From: Gammaproteobacteria bacterium
GTDB lineage: Bacteria; Pseudomonadota; Gammaproteobacteria; Eutrophobiales; Eutrophobiaceae
Direction: 5' to 3'
Assembly (NCBI GenBank): GCA_965238225.1
Contig: OZ250183.1
Span: 1,344,001-1,408,000 of the forward strand
DNA: 64,000 nt
Shown: piece by piece, positions 56,405 through 64,000 of the stretch
How positions within the stretch are numbered: the first letter of the stretch is position 1
How the letters are laid out: each line of letters begins with the position of its first letter
Notes under the pieces: generated by a model
Seen by the model: the letters and a program-made list of their open reading frames with translations, nothing else
Databases searched by the model: none
What the model was told of the DNA's origin: nothing
Made by a program: the position numbers and the translations under genes

Positions 56405-57664
56405 ATGGAACACGCAATATTTTTATTGATACTTGCTGCTGTATTTGGTTTGTTTATGGCTTGGGGTATTGGTGCTAATGACGTTGCTAATGCTATGGCA
56501 ACATCTGTTGGCTCAAAGGCACTGACAATCAAAACAGCCATTATTATTGCTGTAATCTTTGAATTTTCAGGCGCTTTTCTCGCAGGCGGTGAAGTGACTG
56601 CCACTATCCGAAAAGGCATGGTGGATTCTGCCATGTTTGCTCACTCCCCAGAATTGCTTGTCTATGGCATGTTATCGGCACTGCTTGCAGCAGGTATCTG
56701 GTTGTTATTTGCAACGCATTCAGGTCTGCCAGTCTCTACTACCCATTCTATCGTCGGTGCCATTGTTGGGTTTGCGGCAGTAACAATGGGCATACATGCA
56801 GTGCAGTGGGGGCAAGTTGCTTATATTGCAATGAGCTGGATTGTCTCTCCAATCATAGCAGGAGTGATGTCCTACTTACTCTACCGAAGCGTCCAGTTTT
56901 TGATATTAGATAGCGCAGATCCGCTTAAAAACTCCAAACGTTACGTGCCTATATATATCTTTATGACAGGATTTATTATTACACTGATTACTGTATTTAA
57001 AGGTTTTAAGCATATTGATTTAGACATGACATATATTGAATGTTATGGCATCGCAACCATTATCGGAACTGTTTCTACCATTATTGGTATTTTTATGATC
57101 CGTCAGATAAAAAATCAACCAGTGATTACCGATGGATTTCACCTGCATAATGTTGAACTGGTATTTGGCATATTAATGATCTTTACAGCATGTGCCATGG
57201 CCTTTGCGCATGGCTCTAATGATGTTGCTAATGCCATAGGACCTGTTGCTGCGATTGTTGGTATTATAAACAGTGGCGGTATCATTGAACAAAAATCGGT
57301 GCTCCCTGTATGGGTTTTATTGCTGGGCGCAGCCGGCATTGTTGCTGGTCTTGTTATGTATGGACATAAGGTGATTGCAACCGTGGGGGTTGGTATTACA
57401 GAACTAACGCCGAGCCGTGGCTTCTGTTGTAATCTTTCAGCTTCAGCAACCGTCGTCCTTGCCTCAGGAAATGGAATGCCCATTTCGACAACCCATACAT
57501 TAGTTGGTGCGGTGCTCGGAGTGGGTCTTGCGCGAGGAATCTCCGCATTGAATCTGCGTATGATTGGGTCTATTTTCATGTCGTGGATCATCACACTGCC
57601 TGCTGGTGCTATCCTAGCAATTATTTTCTTTTACATCCTAAAGACAATATTTACAATATTTTGA
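56405..57664 (+). CDS. Inorganic phosphate transporter (PiT family)
   Basis: GANDVANAM, PVSTTHS, HGSNDVANA, PISTTH; start placed at ATG 56405. Confidence 0.95.
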   Translation: MEHAIFLLILAAVFGLFMAWGIGANDVANAMATSVGSKALTIKTAIIIAVIFEFSGAFLAGGEVTATIRKGMVDSAMFAHSPELLVYGMLSALLAAGIWLLFATHSGLPVSTTHSIVGAIVGFAAVTMGIHAVQWGQVAYIAMSWIVSPIIAGVMSYLLYRSVQFLILDSADPLKNSKRYVPIYIFMTGFIITLITVFKGFKHIDLDMTYIECYGIATIIGTVSTIIGIFMIRQIKNQPVITDGFHLHNVELVFGILMIFTACAMAFAHGSNDVANAIGPVAAIVGIINSGGIIEQKSVLPVWVLLLGAAGIVAGLVMYGHKVIATVGVGITELTPSRGFCCNLSASATVVLASGNGMPISTTHTLVGAVLGVGLARGISALNLRMIGSIFMSWIITLPAGAILAIIFFYILKTIFTIF

Positions 57665-57701
57665 AAACGATGCCTAGGCAAAATAAGCGCTTGGACACAA
57701 C

Positions 57702-57735
57702 AACCCATGCCAAATAACCCATGCCAAATAACCCA
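57702..57735. repeat. 14-bp tandem repeat x2.4
   Basis: AACCCATGCCAAAT x2 followed by AACCCA. Confidence 0.85.
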
Positions 57736-57746
57736 GCACAAACAAG

Positions 57747-58391
57747 CTAGATCCGATACGCGACCTTGGTCATCACTTTTGCAAGTAATCTCATTGCATT
57801 TTTGACAGGGATTGGTAATGCTTGAGCACCTGCACCTAAAGCGACACTGGCATGATGCGCTTCATCTTCTCGCATTTGTTCTAAAATGGCTCGACTTCTC
57901 AAATCGCTTTTGGGCAGCTTTTTCAGGTGTTGATGCAGATGTTTCACCACTTGATTCTCAGTCTCAACAACAAACCCAAGATTCCATTTATCTCCAAATA
58001 AACCAGCCAAAATACCCAGAGTAAATGAACCAAGAAACCAGAAAGGATGCAGACGGCTCGTGCGTCCGCCAAGCTCAGTTAGACGTTGCTTACACCAAAC
58101 GAGGTGGCATATTTCATCTTCTGCCGAGCATTGCATGGCTTTTTGAATAGCATAAGACCGTGCAGTGAGTGCCTGCGCTTTGTAAAGTGCCTGCGCCCCC
58201 AACTCGCCCGCATGATTTACCCGCATAAGGCTTTCGGATTGACAGCGCTCGGTTTCTGACAGCGCCGAATGTTCGACCTTTTCGGCAGGATAAGCGCGTA
58301 ATGTCTGTTGTGGCTGGTTTAGAAATTTTCTACAACGCGCATCAATGGTATTAATGAGGGCATCTAAAGCAGTGTAATTTCGTTCACTCAT
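57747..58391 (-). CDS. coq7: Demethoxyubiquinone hydroxylase (di-iron)
   Basis: MRVNHAGE, EDEICHLVWC, LGFVVETE.QV..HL, DEAHH; start placed at ATG 58391. Confidence 0.93.
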   Translation of the reverse strand: MSERNYTALDALINTIDARCRKFLNQPQQTLRAYPAEKVEHSALSETERCQSESLMRVNHAGELGAQALYKAQALTARSYAIQKAMQCSAEDEICHLVWCKQRLTELGGRTSRLHPFWFLGSFTLGILAGLFGDKWNLGFVVETENQVVKHLHQHLKKLPKSDLRSRAILEQMREDEAHHASVALGAGAQALPIPVKNAMRLLAKVMTKVAYRI

Positions 58392-58495
58392 GCCTTCTAT
58401 AATAACCTCTAATGTGTGCCTGTAATAGCTCAAGGATACATACATACCAAGCTATTTATACCATAAACTCCTCTAAAAGGAATGGCATATCAATA

Positions 58496-58524
58496 TTGAC
58501 AGTCCAGCAGTCAATCCGTACTAT
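58496..58524 (+). promoter_or_regulatory. Sigma70 promoter of rplM-rpsI
   Basis: TTGACA-17 bp-TACTAT. Confidence 0.75.
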
Positions 58525-58569
58525 TCGATCTCTTTTTGACGGCTTATTGCAACAGTATATTTTAAGTTA

Positions 58570-58998
58570 ATGACAACCTATACAGCAAAACCCTCTGATA
58601 TCAAACGAGATTGGTATATTGTTGATGCCAGCGGTAAAACTTTAGGCAGGCTTGCATCTGAACTTGCCAAGCGTTTGCGCGGCAAACATAAACCAGAATA
58701 CACGCCGCACATGGATACTGGCGACCATATTATTGTCATCAATGCCAAAGAAGTGAAAGTGACTGGCAATAAATTCACAGACAAAACCTATAATCACTAT
58801 ACTGGATTCCAAGGCGGCTTAAAATCAATCACCTTTGACAAACTGATTAACAAGAAACCGGAAATGATTATCGAAAAAGCAGTAAAAGGTATGCTTCCCA
58901 AAGGCCCCCTTGGCAGAGACATGTACCGCAAGCTCAAGGTATATCCTGGCGCAGAACACAAGCATTCTGCACAACAACCAAAGGTATTGGAAATTTAA
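58570..58998 (+). CDS. rplM: 50S ribosomal protein L13
   Basis: [16 protein letters not shown]...[15 protein letters not shown]. Confidence 0.98.
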   Translation: MTTYTAKPSDIKRDWYIVDASGKTLGRLASELAKRLRGKHKPEYTPHMDTGDHIIVINAKEVKVTGNKFTDKTYNHYTGFQGGLKSITFDKLINKKPEMIIEKAVKGMLPKGPLGRDMYRKLKVYPGAEHKHSAQQPKVLEI

Positions 58999-59001
58999 TC
59001 A

Positions 59002-59394
59002 ATGGCAACAGACATCTATTACAGCACAGGACGGCGTAAAAGCTCGGCGGCGCGTGTATTCATCCAGCTTGGTAACGGCACCATAACGATTAACAATAGA
59101 AAACTTGATGAATATTTTGGGCGTGAAACAAGCGGCATGGTCGTCCGTCAGCCATTAGAAACAGTTAAATTGCTCGGTCAAATGGATGTTAATGCCACGG
59201 TTAAAGGTGGCGGTATTACTGGTCAGGCAGGCGCAGTCCGCCATGGCATCGCCAGAGCCTTGATTAGATATGATGAAACGCTGCGTAAACCACTACGACA
59301 GGCAAAATTTGTAACTCGCGATGCACGTGAGGTTGAACGTAAGAAAGTCGGTCTACATAAAGCACGCAAACGTCCACAATTCTCAAAACGTTAA
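59002..59394 (+). CDS. rpsI: 30S ribosomal protein S9
   Basis: [10 protein letters not shown]...[10 protein letters not shown]...RKRPQFSKR. Confidence 0.98.
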   Translation: MATDIYYSTGRRKSSAARVFIQLGNGTITINNRKLDEYFGRETSGMVVRQPLETVKLLGQMDVNATVKGGGITGQAGAVRHGIARALIRYDETLRKPLRQAKFVTRDAREVERKKVGLHKARKRPQFSKR

Positions 59395-59412
59395 GTTCTC
59401 CAAGTTGCTTGG

Positions 59413-59438
59413 AAAAAGAGACTAAGCCCTCTTTTTTT
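59413..59438 (+). terminator. Weak terminator-like hairpin after rpsI
   Basis: AAAAAGAG/CTCTTTTT stem with T7 tail. Confidence 0.4.
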
Positions 59439-59485
59439 GTCGCTGTGATTCCTGTCAAGTTAAATACATAATGCCCTATAATAAT

Positions 59486-59559
59486 TGGGGGTTCGTCTAA
59501 CGGCAGGACTGCGGACTCTGACTCCGCCAGTAGAGGTTCGAATCCTCTACCCCCAGCCA
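59486..59559 (+). tRNA. tRNA-Gln(CTG)
   Basis: TGGGGGTTCGTCTAACGGCAGGACT GCGGA-CTCTGAC-TCCGC ...GGTTCGAATCC...GCCA. Confidence 0.96.
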
Positions 59560-59657
59560 TTTTTGCCAATAACACTTTGGCGATGAGTTCTGTAAAGATT
59601 GCATTCCAATTTAACGAGGCTTAAGATACAAATTATCACAAGCATAATTCATCACAA

Positions 59658-59699
59658 GCACAGGCAAACAGGCACAGGCAAACAGGCACAGGCAAATAG
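59658..59699. repeat. 14-bp tandem repeat x3 upstream of pilin
   Basis: GCACAGGCAAACAG x2 followed by GCACAGGCAAATAG. Confidence 0.9.
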
Positions 59700-59815
59700 G
59701 CGATGGATTAAAATATGCCCGAACGATTATGCACAGCTGTAGGCTGAATATATGGTGACAAGCCTAAGTTTAATGTAAAATTAAGATCCGATGACGAGCT
59801 TAAGGCAATGCCAAC

Positions 59816-60271
59816 ATGAACAACAAACAACAGGGTTTTACCTTGATAGAACTGATGATGGTGTTAGCGATCATCGGTATCTTGGCCTCAACCGCACTGC
59901 CAGCCTATCAGAATTACATCAAAAAAGCGCAGCTGGCGACTGTTGCCTTAGAGATTAAAAACATCAAAAGAAGGTTTCAACTGGCAAAAGAGACAGGGGT
60001 GAATATGCCTAAGGGCACATATTACAATGACAGCTTGAGCGGCACAAGCGCTCTTGGTATAGACATCAGCACCAGCGCTAGAAACATGTGTGCGTGGACA
60101 ATTATAATAAGCGCGCCCGCACCAAACTCGATTGATGCTCTGATGTGTGATATCACCAGAGGGCACTATCATAATGGCAGGGTTGTATTGTACTACCATC
60201 CTTGGCGTTGTCAGATGGGTCTTATGCCTCCTGATGAAGATTTGGATGATTTAAAGAAATTTCTCTGCTGA
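59816..60271 (+). CDS. Type IVa pilin
   Basis: Class III signal QQG|[27 protein letters not shown]; variable C-terminus with 4 Cys. Confidence 0.92.
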   Translation: MNNKQQGFTLIELMMVLAIIGILASTALPAYQNYIKKAQLATVALEIKNIKRRFQLAKETGVNMPKGTYYNDSLSGTSALGIDISTSARNMCAWTIIISAPAPNSIDALMCDITRGHYHNGRVVLYYHPWRCQMGLMPPDEDLDDLKKFLC

Positions 60272-60335
60272 GATTAGCCGAATCTGCGTTCTATAGGATT
60301 GAACGCTGTGGCTTACACACCGTGCGCTACACAAT

Positions 60336-60406
60336 AAAACTTAAAAACACGGAAAACTTAGAAACACGGAAAACTTAGAAAGCACGGAAAACTTAAAAAG
60401 CACCGG
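60336..60406. repeat. 17-19-bp tandem repeat x4 overlapping the stop of the truncated adhesin
   Basis: AAAACTTAAAAACACGG, AAAACTTAGAAACACGG, AAAACTTAGAAAGCACGG, AAAACTTAAAAAGCACCGG. Confidence 0.9.
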
Positions 60407-60899
60407 CTGTGCTGTCTACTGTAAGTGTTGAGCTGGCTGTACTGGCACTGCCTCCTGCATCAGTGATTGTTGCAATGACTTGGTAAGTGCCTTCATTAAG
60501 TGCATTAAAAACTGCTACTTGCGCACGCCATGTGTTTGGGGTTACGCTGGCATCAACAACAGGTGTATTGGTAGCAACACTGTTTACTGTTACAGAGTTT
60601 AGTGTCTCACCTGTCGCAAGTGTGCCGGTGATTTCCGGGGTGTCGTCGTTGGTCGTTAGTGCGTCCACCGTGACAGCTTGAGCCGCCTGTGTAAAAAGAC
60701 CTGTAAAAAGCCCTGCAAAAAGACCTACAAGAAGAAAGACCAGCACCAAGCGTTTTGGATTATTGTCTGTGGTGGTGCTTAATCTACTCATAATTAATCT
60801 ACTCATAATTAATCTACTCATAATTAATCTACTCATAATTAATCTACTCATAATTAATCTACTCATTAACTGCATAGGCTTACTGTTCAGTATTACCAT
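60393..60899 (-). CDS. Truncated secreted Ig-like adhesin paralog (signal peptide plus one Big domain; possible pseudogene)
   Basis: GAGGA SD plus ATG 60899; (MSRLI)n, hydrophobic segment ending AAQA, then TVDALTTNDDTPEITGT...GTYQVIATITDAGG. Confidence 0.7.
   Translation of the reverse strand: MVILNSKPMQLMSRLIMSRLIMSRLIMSRLIMSRLIMSRLSTTTDNNPKRLVLVFLLVGLFAGLFTGLFTQAAQAVTVDALTTNDDTPEITGTLATGETLNSVTVNSVATNTPVVDASVTPNTWRAQVAVFNALNEGTYQVIATITDAGGSASTASSTLTVDSTAGAF
60780..60866. repeat. 15-bp VNTR x5.8
   Basis: TAATCTACTCATAAT perfect copies encoding MSRLI on the minus strand. Confidence 0.97.
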
Positions 60900-60938
60900 A
60901 ACATTCCTCAACCTTGCGATTATAGCGAACATCTTGTT

Positions 60939-60979
60939 GTAGAATACAATTCCTTGAGCAGTAGAATACAATTACTTGA
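60939..60979. repeat. 22-bp-period direct repeat upstream of the truncated adhesin
   Basis: GTAGAATACAATTCCTTGA and GTAGAATACAATTACTTGA. Confidence 0.8.
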
Positions 60980-61003
60980 AAGATGCAAGTATTACTCTAA
61001 AGT

Positions 61004-64000
61004 CTAAAACTCAAGACCAAGCTCGAAGTCAAAACTGTCGGTGTGCCCTGAGTCTATGATCTCAGTGCGCTCATAGCCTACTGAACCATAAGCGCCGGTT
61101 TGGGCTTTATATTCAACACCGATACCAAACTTCAAGTTGTGTGTGGCACTGCCGTCTGTAGACAGGGTGTATATTTGTCTGGTCGGGTCGCTCAGGTAAT
61201 AAAGTTCAGCGTCAGAGCTCGGACTTATATCAACACCGTATTCAGCCACACCGAAGGGTCTCAGTGCGCCTTGATTAAGCTCAATGAGACCGTCTATATC
61301 AAGCCCTGTGTACAACACTAGGGTATTTATATCTTGTTTGTTGTAAGTCAGTGCAAAGTCTGAACCAGATTCAGCAAAGTCTCCCAGACTGCTGTATGAC
61401 ACATTAACCCTGCCATAGGGAGAGAGGTTTATATCCTCTTCTTGGAATTTACCTCTGAAGGTCAAGGATGCAAATATTTGTTTTATGTCACGGCTGCCTG
61501 TGAGTAATATATTGTCATTGCCACGGCGTTTTGTATCTACATTAATGCCGCCTACACCTATCATACCTTCAATGGCAGTGTTGTTGTGCAAGTCTAGGGC
61601 AGTGTAGACCGCAAAGCTTATGGCATCTGAATTCAGTGTTGTGTCGTTATTGCCAATCTCAACATCACCTGTACCTAAGCTTACGGCAACACCTAAAAGC
61701 TGTTTGTCATTGGCTGTATATCTGTCTACGCCTAGGGAGATGTTTTGTGAGAAGCTGTCCTGTGCAGATGTGGTGGTGGTTGCATCATAATCACCTAGGG
61801 TGATATTGCCGGCAGTCCAGATTGCCCAAGTATCACTGATGCTGTTACCGCTTAAGGGGTTTAGGGCAGTCAGATGGCCTAAAGTATTGTCTAGGGTATT
61901 GTGTGCCAGTTTGGCAAATTCATTGGCGGCACGGTCGCTAAGCTCTTGTTTGAGCGCAGCAAACACAGACGTGCTGTGGTCGGCGTTATGCTTGGTATTA
62001 TTGGCCAGTGTTCTTGCCATGTTGGCAAGGCGTGCTTGGCTCACAAGGCTATTTTCTTTGGGATTATTGGCCTTATATTCTGCCTTAAAGAGTGCGTCCA
62101 GTGTCGGATGTGCAAAGTTTAAGGTTATGCCTTGATGAGACAGGTTGTTGCTGCCTTTGTGGCGGCGTAACCAGTTCATGCGGTTGGTAATGGTGGTTAC
62201 TGAGGTCTTAGTCCAGTCGACTGCTATATCAGCTTGCATGTTAACACCAGACACAACATCTTTAACTGTTGCAGGGTCAGGGGTGGGCGGTGTTGCTGAT
62301 ACGCTAAAGCTAAAAGTAGCTTGCGTCGCATCACGGCTTGCGCGGTCTACAAATGCGCCTGCTGGGATATTGACTGTGTATTCTGTACTCAGATCAAGAT
62401 TGTTGGACGGGTTGATGGTGACAGCATCAGTATCATTGGCTGTGACTTGTGCACCTGTCACATCAAGTGCTATGGCGGTGCCGCCTGTAGGGGTTAAGGT
62501 GATGGTACCTGTGCCGGCGCTGACTCGCTCACTGAAATTCAGGATAATATCAACATTGGCTGGCACCTCTGTGGCACTGTCTGTCAGTGCGTAGCTTGTA
62601 TTGTCTCTACCAAATGCGTAGGTAGTTAAGCTCGGACTGGTGGTATCAGCGGTGACAGTCAAGACAGCATTCGATGGGCTGGAAACATTACCAGCGCGGT
62701 CTTGTACAAATAATCTATAAGTGCCACTGGCTTGTGGGGCGTAAATAGAAGTAGCATTACCCGCAGCACGGGTGATGGTGGCGCCTTCTGTAAAGTTTTG
62801 CGTGCCTTCTGGTGCAAACCAGATGCTATTGCCGGCATTGCCAGAACTTGTAATGGTGACTTTTTCGTTAGCCATAGCACTTACCGCGCTGGCAAAGACT
62901 GTATCTTGAACCGTGTGGGTAGGCGCTGTGGCTGATACAGTAAAGGTAAAGATACTAGGCAGATTTGGCACAATGTTGCCGGCAAGGTCAGAGAATGATG
63001 ATGAGCCGGCGGATACTGTAACACTTTCACTCGCAACAAAGTCAACGCTTGGATTAATGCTCACCGTATTGCCCACAACTGTGATGCGTGGGTCTGCGCT
63101 GGGAATGGTTTCAGATATAACTGCGGATGTATGAAGAATGATACTGCCTGCACCGCCCGCCACTTTCATGACCACCTCATCAAAGGTCAAGATAATATTG
63201 GCATCGGTGGCAACATTTGTTGCTTGCTCGCTAATTAGATATTGCCTGCCATCTCCGAATGAATAGAATACCAATGCCGGCGCTGTGCTGTCTATGGCGA
63301 GTTCGTTGCTTGTGGTGTCTGTGCCGATATTGCCGGCTGCATCGGTGAATGTTGCACTAACCTCATAGCTGCCATCAGCAAGTGCATTGGCACTTGCCAC
63401 TGTAAAAGACCAAGTGCCATCTGTAGCAACAGTGGGTGTGTAGGTAATAGAGTTTAGCGTCACAGAAAGACTTTCTCCTGTGCCAAGCCCTACGCCTGTG
63501 TCTGTTGTGCCGGTGATGGTTGGGGTGGTGTCATTGCTGCTTAGTGCGTCAACTGTGGGTATAGGCACTGTGTTGTCTACGGTAATGGTAGTACCTGTGA
63601 TAGGGGTTGTGGTGATGGCATTGCCTGCTAAGTCTTGCCCTGTACTTAAGGTAAAGCTTTGTGCACCATCACCAGTACCGACTGTCCAGTCATAGGTATA
63701 GGTTGTTGTATTGACCCTTGTCATGTTGGCGGCAGCAATGCTCTCTACACCAGTGCCTGTAATCTGCGGGATAGGGTTAACTTTTATAGACTCAGAAAAG
63801 GCAGCAGTGATGGTAATGCTATCTCCTGCTTTTACCAGTGTGGCAGTATTAGTGCCTGTGCCATAGGTATAAGCAAGGGTGGCTGTCGGGGCTGTGGTAT
63901 CAATGGTCAGTTCGTCTGTTGAGGAGTCTGTTAGTACACTGCCTCCTGCATCAGTGATTGTTGCAACGACTTGGTAAGTGCCTTCATTAAGTGCATTAAA
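61004..64000 (-). CDS. Large Thr-rich Ig-like repeat autotransporter/adhesin, 3' part (runs off right edge)
   Basis: The frame is open from 64000 through the track start at 63724. Repeated DTTAP/DSTAP-delimited Ig domains; RMNWLRR linker helix; C-terminal beta-barrel ending in F. Confidence 0.88.
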   Translation of the reverse strand, partial: FNALNEGTYQVVATITDAGGSVLTDSSTDELTIDTTAPTATLAYTYGTGTNTATLVKAGDSITITAAFSESIKVNPIPQITGTGVESIAAANMTRVNTTTYTYDWTVGTGDGAQSFTLSTGQDLAGNAITTTPITGTTITVDNTVPIPTVDALSSNDTTPTITGTTDTGVGLGTGESLSVTLNSITYTPTVATDGTWSFTVASANALADGSYEVSATFTDAAGNIGTDTTSNELAIDSTAPALVFYSFGDGRQYLISEQATNVATDANIILTFDEVVMKVAGGAGSIILHTSAVISETIPSADPRITVVGNTVSINPSVDFVASESVTVSAGSSSFSDLAGNIVPNLPSIFTFTVSATAPTHTVQDTVFASAVSAMANEKVTITSSGNAGNSIWFAPEGTQNFTEGATITRAAGNATSIYAPQASGTYRLFVQDRAGNVSSPSNAVLTVTADTTSPSLTTYAFGRDNTSYALTDSATEVPANVDIILNFSERVSAGTGTITLTPTGGTAIALDVTGAQVTANDTDAVTINPSNNLDLSTEYTVNIPAGAFVDRASRDATQATFSFSVSATPPTPDPATVKDVVSGVNMQADIAVDWTKTSVTTITNRMNWLRRHKGSNNLSHQGITLNFAHPTLDALFKAEYKANNPKENSLVSQARLANMARTLANNTKHNADHSTSVFAALKQELSDRAANEFAKLAHNTLDNTLGHLTALNPLSGNSISDTWAIWTAGNITLGDYDATTTTSAQDSFSQNISLGVDRYTANDKQLLGVAVSLGTGDVEIGNNDTTLNSDAISFAVYTALDLHNNTAIEGMIGVGGINVDTKRRGNDNILLTGSRDIKQIFASLTFRGKFQEEDINLSPYGRVNVSYSSLGDFAESGSDFALTYNKQDINTLVLYTGLDIDGLIELNQGALRPFGVAEYGVDISPSSDAELYYLSDPTRQIYTLSTDGSATHNLKFGIGVEYKAQTGAYGSVGYERTEIIDSGHTDSFDFELGLEF

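Noticed and set aside
60336-60866. CRISPR array suggested by repeated units
   Set aside because: Units are head-to-tail with no unique spacers, and no cas genes are in the window.
61800-63695. Multiple plus-strand ORFs opposite the adhesin
   Set aside because: Antisense shadows of a Thr/Ala/Val-rich coding strand; no independent signals. The same applies to most short antisense ORFs in the track.
60446-64000. Diversity-generating retroelement (TR/VR pair)
   Set aside because: Only one mismatch in the visible 64 bp, the repeat is not at a C-terminal variable region, and no reverse transcriptase is in the window.

Overview
AT-rich gammaproteobacterial chromosomal segment, mostly housekeeping. 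It contains: partial glmS, tRNA-Pro, merR-like/ihfA/pheT/pheS/rplT/rpmI/infC/thrS, tRNA-Val, lptD-surA-pdxA-rsmA, TRAP dctQM, aroE, glnK, comM, apaG-apaH, folA-thyA-lgt, GTP-type PEPCK, uvrA/ssb, pyk, cysI, zapE, rmuC, degQ, pit, coq7, rplM-rpsI and tRNA-Gln. Four things are not routine. (1) An hpnL-hpnI-hpnJ-hpnK lipid-modification cluster (9.2-15.4 kb) is bracketed by two CDP-alcohol phosphotransferase genes, and hpnI is frameshifted near an A7C5 run. (2) Several decayed genes are missed by the ORF track: two amtB relics around glnK, a split ubiK, a hollowed-out hsp20 and a small gene inside the infC-rpmI operon. (3) A DnaA-box/IHF-site cluster follows rsmA. (4) A surface-structure region after tRNA-Gln holds a type IV pilin, a large Ig-repeat autotransporter running off the right edge, and a truncated near-identical partial copy flanked by tandem repeats. 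No integrase, transposase, CRISPR array, rRNA or reverse transcriptase was recognised. All calls come from manual motif recognition; no database search was run.
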